Shown here: positions 46,908 to 55,422 of the stretch, in pieces | Position numbering within the stretch: the first letter of the stretch is position 1 | How the letters are laid out: the number at the start of each line of letters is the position of its first letter | From: Acidimicrobiales bacterium | GTDB taxonomy: Bacteria > Actinomycetota > Acidimicrobiia > Acidimicrobiales > DATDAH01 | Reading direction: 5' to 3' | NCBI GenBank assembly: GCA_044221555.1 | Contig: JBGAOY010000002.1 | Location: 70,376-134,375 of the forward strand | DNA: 64,000 nt | Notes under the pieces: generated by a model | The model's database searches: none | What the model was told of the DNA's origin: nothing | Seen by the model: only the letters and a program-made list of their open reading frames with translations | Program-made: the position numbers and the translations under genes

Positions 46908-48794
46908 GTGCGGTTCGGGGTGACGCTCGTGGTCTCCTGTCTGCTCGCCAGCACGAGCGTCCCCCTGGTGCACACGGAGCAGGCGGTGGCGGCCACCCGC
47001 CGGGTCGCCACCGCCTCTGCTCCGGCCTCGTGCCGCACCGGCCACGGGGCCGGCACCACCCGTCAGGCGACCATCGCCGACAGGGACGGCGACGGGGATC
47101 TCGAGCCTCGAGGGCCGGAGGGCTACGTCTCGCTGGGCTGGACGTTCGATCCCCATCGTCTCGATGGTCGCTGCCCGTTGACCGCGTTCGTCCAGCTCAC
47201 CGACTTCCAGGTGGTCGACGAGGAGTCACCGGCCCGCGTCGAGATGCTCGACGGGACCCAGCAGGCGCCCGGGGCCGCGCCCTTGAACGCCGCCTACCGC
47301 CCGCAGGAGGCGTTGAGCACCCAGATCGTCGAGTCCATGGTCCGCCAGGTGCGCGGCGTTCGCTCGTCGTTCAGCGGCCGCGGTCCGTCCTTCGCCGTCC
47401 TCACCGGCGACAACGCGGACAACCAGCAGTACAACGAGACCCGCTGGTTCATCGATCTGCTCGACGGTGGCCGCCGCATCGACCCCGACAGCGGTGTGCC
47501 CACGGCCCGGTGCCCCGACGCCGACCCAGCCACGCGGTACGACGGTCCCCAGGGAGGTGGCGGCCCGATCGGGTACTACGACCCGGACGGCGCCGACGAC
47601 GGCACCCAGTACGACATGGTGCCCGACCACCCGGGGCTGCTGGAGCAGGCGCAGCGTCCGTTCCAGGCCACCGGTCTCGGCATGCCGTGGTACTCCGCGG
47701 TCGGCAACCACGACGCGCTGGTGCAGGGCAACAGCCCCAGCGGGTTCGCTGGGCCGCTCGGCCCAGGGGTGGCGGGACCCGATGCGCCGCAGGCATCGGT
47801 GGCCGCCCTCCAGGCGGTGGCGACCGGGTGCGTGAAGGCGACCACGGCGCCGGCATCGCCAACCAGCCTGCTGTCGGTGCTCGCGAACCCGCTGGGCGCA
47901 ATGACGGTCCCTGCCGATCCTCGCCGGTGCCTGCTGGCGGGGGACGACAGCGAAGCCTCGGCCCCGGGCCCCTGCGCAGCAACGAGTTGGATCGACCAGC
48001 ACTTCCGTACCACCTCGTCGCCGGTGGGGCACGGGTTCGCCGCCGGTGCCCACCCCGCCGACCTCCGTGGTTATGGGCGCCCGGCAGTGGCCGACCTCAA
48101 CGACGACGGCTACTACTCCTACCGGCCCGCGTCGGGGCTCCGGTTCGTGGTGCTCGACACCATCACCCACGAGTGCGGGACCGACGTCTGCGCCGAGGGC
48201 TCGCTCGACGACGCCCAGTTCCGCTGGCTCGACGCCCAGTTGCGGGCCGCGGAGGCCGGGAACCAGTACGTGGTGGTGTTCTCACATCACACCGAGGCCA
48301 CCATCCGGTTCCCGTCCACCGACCCGACCGAGGCCCCCCTGCACTTCGGCACCCGGGCCGCCAACCCGGCCACCACCGAATCGCTCGAGGAGCTGCTCTG
48401 CTCGCACCAGCCCACGGTTCTCGCGCACATCGACGGTCACACCCATGAGAACGCAGTCGTGGAGCACCGCTGTGACCAGCTGACCGCACCGCTCCCGGGT
48501 GTGCCCACCGTGGGCGGGTACTGGGAGATCAGCACCGCGTCCCACCTGGACTGGCCGCAGCAGTCCCGGCTGGTGGAGCTGGTCCCGGTGGGTCGTCGCC
48601 ACCTCGCCCTCGTGTGCACGATGGTCGATCACGCCGGCGCCGCCGACCCGTCGGGGGAGCGGGGGGTGGAGCGCCTGGCCTCGATCGCCCGTGCGCTGGC
48701 CTACGCCGACCCGCAGAGCGCGTCATCGGCGCGGGGCGACGCCGTCGACCGCAACGTGATCATCGGCTTCGACCGGCCGCCGCCGACCTCCTGA
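46908..48794 (+). CDS. secreted metallophosphoesterase (TIGR03767-like)
   Basis: The start is the GTG at 46908. The signal-like sequence is 'VTLVVSCLLASTSVPLV'. Motifs are 'FVQLTDFQVVDEESP', 'LTGDNADN', 'AVGNHD', 'VVFSHHT' and 'HIDGHTHEN'. Confidence 0.8.
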   Translation: MRFGVTLVVSCLLASTSVPLVHTEQAVAATRRVATASAPASCRTGHGAGTTRQATIADRDGDGDLEPRGPEGYVSLGWTFDPHRLDGRCPLTAFVQLTDFQVVDEESPARVEMLDGTQQAPGAAPLNAAYRPQEALSTQIVESMVRQVRGVRSSFSGRGPSFAVLTGDNADNQQYNETRWFIDLLDGGRRIDPDSGVPTARCPDADPATRYDGPQGGGGPIGYYDPDGADDGTQYDMVPDHPGLLEQAQRPFQATGLGMPWYSAVGNHDALVQGNSPSGFAGPLGPGVAGPDAPQASVAALQAVATGCVKATTAPASPTSLLSVLANPLGAMTVPADPRRCLLAGDDSEASAPGPCAATSWIDQHFRTTSSPVGHGFAAGAHPADLRGYGRPAVADLNDDGYYSYRPASGLRFVVLDTITHECGTDVCAEGSLDDAQFRWLDAQLRAAEAGNQYVVVFSHHTEATIRFPSTDPTEAPLHFGTRAANPATTESLEELLCSHQPTVLAHIDGHTHENAVVEHRCDQLTAPLPGVPTVGGYWEISTASHLDWPQQSRLVELVPVGRRHLALVCTMVDHAGAADPSGERGVERLASIARALAYADPQSASSARGDAVDRNVIIGFDRPPPTS

Positions 48795-48814
48795 GTCGCG
48801 CCCCGTCGGGCGGT

Positions 48815-49648
48815 TCAGGCGCCGGCGCGGGGTCGTGCTCCGATGGCCAGCCCGCGCACGAGGGAGATGGCGTCGGCGACGTCGGCGGGCAGGGCCTCGA
48901 CCCGTACGTGCCGTCCACCCTGGCCCTGGCCCAGGAGGCCCACTGCGGTGGCCAGGTCCGCCCCCCGGCTCGTGAGGGCCACCATCGTCTGGCTCGACTC
49001 GGTGGGCTCCAGCACCGCCAGCGTGTCGGAGCCCGGGAAGCAGAGACGCAGGTCGCCGGCCAGTCGCAGCCGACGGGCGACCCGGGTGAACGGCGAGGCC
49101 TCGTCCCGGCTGATCTGGGCGACGACCAGGGCGTAGGCATCGGCGGGCGGTGTGCCCAGGTACGAGCAGTGGCGGTAGATCTGCTCGAGGCGGGCCTCGA
49201 GGAACGGTGCCGTCACCAGGCCGGTGAGCTCGTCGATGCAGGTCGGCGGATCGGCGTCGCCGTAGTAGGTCTCGGCCCAGGCGGTGCCCACGGTGGCCGC
49301 GAGCGTCAGGCAGTCCTTGTTCGAGGCGACGGCCGCTCCCGCGGCGGTCAGCACGTCGCAGAACGTGGCCAGGTCGGCGAGGGTGTCGGCGAGCGACACC
49401 CCCGCGGAGGCCCGCGCCTCGCCGAGACGCACGAGGGCCGGGCGGACGTCCTCGCCCCGGAGGGCGCCGAGCAGCAGGTCGGTGGTGACGGGATGGTGCC
49501 AGTGCTGGCGACTGAGGCCCACCCGCTCGCGGCTGAGCCGCCCCCACTCGTCGTGCAGCTCCGCCGCGGCGCTCGGCGCGCTCCGTCGACTGCGCAGGTC
49601 GATGACCTCGTTGCCCGTGGTGCTGCCTGTGCCGTTGCCGGTGCTCAT
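48815..49648 (-). CDS. degenerate GGDEF-like protein, paralog 1 (277 aa)
   Basis: The start is the ATG at 49648. 'CIDELTGLVTAPFLEARLEQIY' resembles the start of a GGDEF domain. 'CFPGSDTLAVLEP' sits where R-x-GGDEF-avll would be. It aligns block by block with the 55423-56289 product. Confidence 0.6.
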   Translation of the reverse strand: MSTGNGTGSTTGNEVIDLRSRRSAPSAAAELHDEWGRLSRERVGLSRQHWHHPVTTDLLLGALRGEDVRPALVRLGEARASAGVSLADTLADLATFCDVLTAAGAAVASNKDCLTLAATVGTAWAETYYGDADPPTCIDELTGLVTAPFLEARLEQIYRHCSYLGTPPADAYALVVAQISRDEASPFTRVARRLRLAGDLRLCFPGSDTLAVLEPTESSQTMVALTSRGADLATAVGLLGQGQGGRHVRVEALPADVADAISLVRGLAIGARPRAGA

Positions 49649-49785
49649 CGGTGTGCTCGCTCCCGTCGTCGTCGTGTGGGGAGAGAGAGCCGGCGCAGGG
49701 CCGATCGTCACGCCGGTCGACCGAGATTTTCGTGGTCGCCCCTGGCCGCTGCCGGACGCTTCCGACCGCGTGCCGGGCACGGGGC

Positions 49786-52116
49786 TCAGGGCGATCGCAC
49801 CTCGATCGGCGCCGGCGGCGGGGCCGCGCCGCCCTGGCGGCGTTCGGCGGCGTCGGCCAGGAGCGCCGCGAGTGGTGCCGGCCGGGCGTAGAGGAAGCCC
49901 TGGCACAGGCGGCAGCCGAGCGTGGCCAGCACCTCGTCCTGCTGGGCGGTCTCGACACCTTCGGCGACCGCGGTCAGTCCCAAGGCCTCGGCCATCCGCA
50001 ACACGGCGCGCACGATGGCGCGGTCCTCGGTGTTCTCGGCGACCCCGTCGATGAACGAGCGGTCGATCTTCAGGGCGTCGACGCGGAAGCGGCGCAGGTA
50101 GGACAGTGAGGAGTACCCGGTGCCGAAGTCGTCGATGGCCAGGCGGATGCCTCTGGCCCGGAGGGCATCGAGGGTCGCGAGCGCGGCGGACGCGTCGTCC
50201 ATCAGCGTGCTCTCGGTCAACTCGAGCCACAGCTTGTCTGCCTGCAGGCCCGACGTGTCGAGGGCCTCGTGCACCGTGGTGGCGAGGCCGGGGTCGGCCA
50301 ACTGGCGGGCCGACAGGTTCACCGCCAGCGACACCTCGGCCAGATGGGGCACCTCGGTCTGCCAGCGGACGGCGTCGGCGCAGGCCTTGTCGAGCACCCA
50401 CGCCCCGATGGGGACGATGAGGCCGGTCTCCTCGGCCACCTCGATGAACTCACCCGGGTAGACCAGGCCCCGTTCGGGGTGGTTCCACCGCACGAGGGCC
50501 TCGATGCCGATCACCGCTCCGGTCGGCGACCAGACCGTGGGCTGGTAGTGGAGCACGAGCTGACCGGCGGGCAGCGCGGCGCGGAGCGCCTGTTCCGTGC
50601 GCAGCCGGTGCTGCATGCGGTCGCGAAGGGTCTGGTCGAAGTGCTCGACCCGTGCCCGTCCCCGCTCCTTGGCGCGGTACAACGCCACGTCGGCGTCGCC
50701 GAGGACGTGCTCGGCGATCGCGGCCTCGAACCCGCGGGCGATGCCGATGCTGGCGGTGATGCGGGTGTCATGGCCGTTGATGTCCATCGGCGCGGCGATG
50801 GCCTGGGCCATCCGCGCCGCCACCTCGTCGGCCTCGACGGCGTCGAGGCCTTCGCACAGCACCACGAACTCGTCGCCGGAGAGCCGACCGACGGTGTCGG
50901 TCGGGCGGATGCAGGCGTGGAGGCGGGCGCCCACCTTGATGAGCACCCGGTCACCGCGCTGGTGGCCCAGGAAGTCGTTCACCAGCTTGAAGCGGTCGAG
51001 GTCGACGAAGAAGACCGTGACGGGGAGCCCCGAGCGGCTGGCCCGCGCCAGCGCCCCTTCGAGGCGGTCGAGCACGAGGGTGCGGTTGGGCAGGCCGGTG
51101 AGCTGGTCGTGCGTGGCCCGGTGCACGGCATCGTCGAGTGCCTGGGCCATCGCTCGGCGCGCGGCATCGTCGTTGAGCGCGAGCGAGACGTGCTCGGCGA
51201 ACAGCAACAGGACATCCTGTTCGTGCTTCGAGAAGCTGCGGTCGTGCTCGCGCGTGCTGACGACCAACGCGCCGGCCACCCTGCCGTCCTGGAACACGGG
51301 CGCCGCCATCGCGGCCTGGAGGCCGACGACCGCGAGGCGGGGGTCGCCGGCGTCGTCGTCCTCGTAGTGCGGGGCCACGACGAGGCGCTGCTCGAGGATG
51401 GCCCGACCGCTCACGCCCACCGTCACCGGGCGCAGCCGGTCGAAGTCGGCGCGATCGGCGCCGGCCAGGGCCACGAGCTCGGACATGGTGGGGTCGCCGG
51501 GCAGGACGAGCCGTACGCCGACCGCGTCGGTGCCGCCCATCAGCGCCCGTGCACCGGTGGCGACCGCGTCGAAGATCTCCTCGGTGGGGATGCGCTCGGC
51601 GATGGAGTGCTGGATCGCCAAGAGGTGGGCCAGGAGGGCACGCCGCTCCTCGAGGTCGGCCAGCAACCGCGAGGCGTCGGCTCGAGCCGTGGCCTCGGAG
51701 CGAGAGAGCCGCAGGAGCTGGACGACGAGGGCGAGGACTCGGCCCATGCCCCGGAGCAGGGCGTGCTCCTCGCCGGTGAACGGAGGGCCGGACCGGCCGA
51801 GGACGAGTGCCCCACGGGGCTCGACGTCCAGGGGGACCACCAACGCGGGGCACGTCCCGCACCCGGGGACCTCGATGGCGCGGACCGTGCCCATCGCGGC
51901 GGCCTGGAGCTCGCCGGCCGCCGGCCCGGCCGCCCCGTAGCCGACCGCGACGACGACGTCGCCGTCGGTCGACAGCAACGCGCCGACCTCGGCGTCGACT
52001 GCCTCGGCGGCGCGTTCGACCGCGGCCTGGAGCAGTGACTCCTCGTCAGCCGTCGCCGTGACCACCGCCACGAACTCGGCGAGCTGGAGGACCGACCAGT
52101 GGCTGGACGTGTCCAC
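49786..52116 (-). CDS. GAF-GAF-GGDEF-EAL c-di-GMP turnover protein
   Basis: The start is the GTG at 52116, 4 nt after the FIST stop. Diguanylate cyclase motifs are 'HDQLTGLPNR' and 'RPTDTVGRLSGDEFVVL' (RxxD I-site plus an SGDEF variant). EAL-domain motifs are 'IEALVRWNHP', 'DDFGTGYSSLSYL', 'LKIDRSF', 'AEGVET' and 'CQGFLYARP'. Confidence 0.9.
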   Translation of the reverse strand: MDTSSHWSVLQLAEFVAVVTATADEESLLQAAVERAAEAVDAEVGALLSTDGDVVVAVGYGAAGPAAGELQAAAMGTVRAIEVPGCGTCPALVVPLDVEPRGALVLGRSGPPFTGEEHALLRGMGRVLALVVQLLRLSRSEATARADASRLLADLEERRALLAHLLAIQHSIAERIPTEEIFDAVATGARALMGGTDAVGVRLVLPGDPTMSELVALAGADRADFDRLRPVTVGVSGRAILEQRLVVAPHYEDDDAGDPRLAVVGLQAAMAAPVFQDGRVAGALVVSTREHDRSFSKHEQDVLLLFAEHVSLALNDDAARRAMAQALDDAVHRATHDQLTGLPNRTLVLDRLEGALARASRSGLPVTVFFVDLDRFKLVNDFLGHQRGDRVLIKVGARLHACIRPTDTVGRLSGDEFVVLCEGLDAVEADEVAARMAQAIAAPMDINGHDTRITASIGIARGFEAAIAEHVLGDADVALYRAKERGRARVEHFDQTLRDRMQHRLRTEQALRAALPAGQLVLHYQPTVWSPTGAVIGIEALVRWNHPERGLVYPGEFIEVAEETGLIVPIGAWVLDKACADAVRWQTEVPHLAEVSLAVNLSARQLADPGLATTVHEALDTSGLQADKLWLELTESTLMDDASAALATLDALRARGIRLAIDDFGTGYSSLSYLRRFRVDALKIDRSFIDGVAENTEDRAIVRAVLRMAEALGLTAVAEGVETAQQDEVLATLGCRLCQGFLYARPAPLAALLADAAERRQGGAAPPPAPIEVRSP

Positions 52117-52120
52117 CCTG

Positions 52121-53350
52121 CTATCCGATGGCGAGGACCACGAGGGTTTGGTTGTGGAGCCCGCTCTGACCGTGGGTCCGGGCGATCTCGCCGTAGGTGT
52201 AGAAGCCCGCCACCGGCGCACCCTCGGCGATCGTGGTGATCCGCTCCACCTCCCGCTGGATGCCGTGCTCGCCGAGCACACCCCGCCGGCCGATGCAGTC
52301 GAAGGCCAGCAGCCCGAGCGGAGGCTGACCGTCGAGGCTGGCCAGCGCGTCGCGGCACGCGGTGGCCGACGCCTCGAGCACCGACGCCTCGTCGCCCTCC
52401 ATGGCCCAGGTGAGACCGCCCTGGGGCACCTGCCCCGCGCACACCAGGGCCCGCGCCTCGAAGTCGGCCTCGTTCACGCAGCGCACCTGCTCGCCGCGTC
52501 GCCGCTGGAGCCCGAGCGGGTGCGTGGTGGCGAACCGGGTGAAGGCGGCCGCGTCGTGGCCGGCGTCGGGTGGGGCACCGAGGCGTTCGAGGTACACGTC
52601 GAGCGCGGGCTGGTCGTCGAGCTCGAGCACCCGGTTGTCCTCGCTGGCGGTGACGAGCAGCGGGTCGCCCACGCGGCTCCAGCCGTGGCGCACACCGATG
52701 CCGAACGGCGCGTCTGACGAGATGGCCGCGGCGACCACGCTGTGGCGCAGCACGTCGGGCCCGTGGAGCTGGACGGTCTGTTCCATGCGGAGGCCGTCGC
52801 CGGCACAACCGCCGACGAGGGGGAGCGCGGCGCCGACCTCCTGGTAGGCCCCCCGCACGATCTCCTCCATGTCGCCGCCGAGGCCGTCGGTGAGCAGGAG
52901 GAGCAGGCGGTGGTCGCCTGGTGGCAGGTCGGCCGCACACCGGGCCGCCACGGCGCTGGCATCACGGAGGCCGAGGTCGGCGGCGTTGGCGGCACCTGTG
53001 GCCACGCGGAAGCCGGGGCCTCCGAAGGCGGTCACCACCACCGACGCGTCCCCTGCGCCCGCCATCGATATCTCGCCGGCGGTGGAGCACCCGATCAACG
53101 CCACGTCGTCGTCGACCGACCGCACCCCGTCGAGCAGGGCCTCGTGGTCGTAGCCGTCCCAGCAGAACACCACGAGCAACGCGGCGTCGTCGTGCAGGAG
53201 GGCGTCGCGGGCGGCCTCGGCGCCGGCCGTGCGCGCGTCGGTGGCGTTGCCACGTCCCACCCCCACCCACCGCGTGGGCCCGGGCACCCGCGGGCGGTGC
53301 CCCTCCATCGTGGTCGTGCCGGCCTGATCGGTCGAACCCGTTGCAGCCAT
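52121..53350 (-). CDS. FIST-domain sensor protein
   Basis: The start is the ATG at 53350, with GGGGAGG upstream. 'ALLVVFCWDGYDHEALLDGVRSV...LIGCSTAGEI' is FIST_N-like, and 'LLAFDCIGRRGVLG...VAGFYTYGEIAR' is FIST_C-like. Confidence 0.8.
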   Translation of the reverse strand: MAATGSTDQAGTTTMEGHRPRVPGPTRWVGVGRGNATDARTAGAEAARDALLHDDAALLVVFCWDGYDHEALLDGVRSVDDDVALIGCSTAGEISMAGAGDASVVVTAFGGPGFRVATGAANAADLGLRDASAVAARCAADLPPGDHRLLLLLTDGLGGDMEEIVRGAYQEVGAALPLVGGCAGDGLRMEQTVQLHGPDVLRHSVVAAAISSDAPFGIGVRHGWSRVGDPLLVTASEDNRVLELDDQPALDVYLERLGAPPDAGHDAAAFTRFATTHPLGLQRRRGEQVRCVNEADFEARALVCAGQVPQGGLTWAMEGDEASVLEASATACRDALASLDGQPPLGLLAFDCIGRRGVLGEHGIQREVERITTIAEGAPVAGFYTYGEIARTHGQSGLHNQTLVVLAIG

Positions 53351-53463
53351 GCCGCCTCCCCTGTGAGCGCGCCCCCGCGAAGGGTACGACACCCGGGCCG
53401 CTACCGCAGGTAGGCCCATCGGGTGGACCGTCGCGGCCGACGCCGAGGTTGCGGCGGCCCCGG

Positions 53464-55389
53464 TCAGGGTGCGCCGAGGGGGAGCGGCGGTGGTTGTGGG
53501 AGCGGCGGGAGCGGCGGGAGCGGCGGGACGGTGACGGGGGGGAGGGTCGGTACCGTCACCGGTGGCACCGTCACCGGCGGGACGTCGATCGGTGTGCCCG
53601 TGCCCCCGCTGCCTCCGGTCCCGCCCGTCGAACCGGTGCCTCCGGTCCCGCCCGTGCCGGTGGTGCCCCCGGTGCCGCCGGACCCGCCCGATCCGGGAAC
53701 GCCAGAGGTGGCGCCGTCCAGCAGGCCGTTGACCGTGCCCGCGGCCCCCGCCACCGCGGCCGACCCGAGGCCGCTGAGATCAGTGCCGAGCGCTCCCGCG
53801 GCCGTCGCACCCGAGGACAGGGTGGCCGCCAGCGTCGCCCTGGCGGTGCGGAGCGTGGTGTGCACCACGTCGCCGAGCAGCGTGAACGGCTCGTCGACCA
53901 CGACGAAGACCAGGTCGTCGACGGACGTGGCGGCCGACGGCAGGTAGCCGACCAGCAGGCGCCAGGGCCCGTCGCCGGCCAGGAGCGACGCGGTCGGGAC
54001 GCTGACGCAGGAGGCGCCCCCCGACGGGCTGTCGCCGGTCGTGCCCACGTCACCCGCGCCGCCGGCGCCGCGTGTGACGCCGGCGCCGGTCGTGGTGACC
54101 AACGAGCGCAGGGTGGTAGCGGTGGCGCCCCGCACCGTGGTGACCAGCGAGGAGGGGTCGAGCGCCGGGATCCCGGCGATGTCACCGCGGAACAGCACGG
54201 CGCGCACGACGGACCCGCCCGCGCCCTCCGTCGCCCCCGAGGTGGCGCCGGTGAGGGCCACGCCGACGGCGTCGTCGCACCGCCGATCGGCGACGGTCTG
54301 CACCCGCACGTCGCCGGGCAGGGTCAGCGCGACCGGCGCGGCGGCGGCCGCGGTGCCGCCACGGGGCCCGCCGGCGGCTGTCGTCGGCTCACCGGCGGTG
54401 GCGGGGCCAGCGGTGGTCGACGCCGCGTCCCGGGTCGAGTCCGGGACCGGAGGCGTCGCGTCGGTCTGCAACAGGAGCAGCGCGACGGCGAGCGCGACCG
54501 ACGTCGCGATGACGGCGGCTCGCTGCGCCGAGCCTCTGAGGCTCTCGACGATGGCGGCCGTGGCGGGCGCATCGGCAGTGGCCCGGCGGCCGAGATAGGC
54601 CGCGGCGGCGGCACCCAGCACCAACGGTGCCACCACCGAACGGAGCGAGCGATTCAGGTCGCTCATCTCGGACCGGAGCGTGCGGCACCGCGGGCAGGTC
54701 TCCAGGTGGGCGTCGGCTTTGGCGCGGTCGCGCCGGCCCAGGTTGTCGCGGACGAGCGCGCCGAGTCGCTCGACGGTGAAGGCGCACCTGGCGGGCGTGT
54801 CCGACTGCAGGTGGGCCTGCAGGTACGCCTCGCGCAGGCCCTCCCGCGCCCGGTGGGCCAGTGCCGCGGTGGCGTGGGGGCTCAGCCCGACGAGCGGGGC
54901 CACGTCGGCGGGCGGTGCGCCCTCGATCTCGGTGTGCCAGAGCACCAGTTGCCACCGCTCGGGCAGGCGTGAGTACGCCTGGGCCATGAGCCGGCCATCG
55001 GTGCCGTCGGGGTCGAGGACCGCACCGTCGAGCGTGCCGTCGGTGGGGTCGGCAGGCTCCTCACGATCGCGGGCGGCACGCCAGTGACGACGGCGCAGGG
55101 TGGTGAGCAGGTAGGGCCGGAACGCCTCGGTGGGGCCGGCGCCGTTGTGCAGCGCCGCCAGCACGGCGGCGAACGAGTCGCTCACCAGGTCGTCCGCCGC
55201 GGCGCGCGACCGCACGAGTTGGCGGGCGAGGCGGCGGGCGGCCGGCTCGTGGCGCCGGTACAACTCGGCGTACGCCCCCGAGTCGCCCGCTCGTACCCGG
55301 TCGAGCAGCGCGGCGTCGGAATCGTTCGCGAGCGCGGGCGTCGCCACGTCGGACCGATGCCGCAGTTCGCTGAGGACGGTGGTGCTCAC
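53464..55389 (-). CDS. ECF sigma factor fused to a ZAS-type anti-sigma motif, two TM helices and a long low-complexity ectodomain
   Basis: Sigma region 2 reads 'LLDRVRAGDSGAYAELYRRH...DLVSDSF'. Region 4 reads 'LPERWQLVLWHTEIEGAPPADVAPLVGLSPHATAALAHRAREGLR'. Next comes 'C-x27-HLETCPRC' (H-x3-C-x2-C). The TM helices are 'VVAPLVLGAAAAAYLG' and 'AAVIATSVALAVALLLL'. The C-terminus is Gly/Thr/Ser-rich and carries PPVTV/PPLP repeats. Confidence 0.8.
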   Translation of the reverse strand: MSTTVLSELRHRSDVATPALANDSDAALLDRVRAGDSGAYAELYRRHEPAARRLARQLVRSRAAADDLVSDSFAAVLAALHNGAGPTEAFRPYLLTTLRRRHWRAARDREEPADPTDGTLDGAVLDPDGTDGRLMAQAYSRLPERWQLVLWHTEIEGAPPADVAPLVGLSPHATAALAHRAREGLREAYLQAHLQSDTPARCAFTVERLGALVRDNLGRRDRAKADAHLETCPRCRTLRSEMSDLNRSLRSVVAPLVLGAAAAAYLGRRATADAPATAAIVESLRGSAQRAAVIATSVALAVALLLLQTDATPPVPDSTRDAASTTAGPATAGEPTTAAGGPRGGTAAAAAPVALTLPGDVRVQTVADRRCDDAVGVALTGATSGATEGAGGSVVRAVLFRGDIAGIPALDPSSLVTTVRGATATTLRSLVTTTGAGVTRGAGGAGDVGTTGDSPSGGASCVSVPTASLLAGDGPWRLLVGYLPSAATSVDDLVFVVVDEPFTLLGDVVHTTLRTARATLAATLSSGATAAGALGTDLSGLGSAAVAGAAGTVNGLLDGATSGVPGSGGSGGTGGTTGTGGTGGTGSTGGTGGSGGTGTPIDVPPVTVPPVTVPTLPPVTVPPLPPLPPLPQPPPLPLGAP

Positions 55390-55422
55390 AGACGCCTGCT
55401 CCGCTCGACGGCCGCCCTGGCG

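Noticed and set aside
46872-46908. A leaderless promoter for the metallophosphoesterase (TTGCGA-N17-TAACAG, with a TSS near the GTG at 46908)
   Set aside because: The -10 candidate lacks the conserved final T of TANNNT, and alternative hexamers have the wrong spacing. This is too weak to annotate as a feature.
52921-54972. A 683-aa plus-strand ORF opposite the FIST and sigma genes
   Set aside because: It is a poly-Arg/Gly/Pro shadow ORF. The minus-strand frames carry the FIST and sigma/ZAS motifs.
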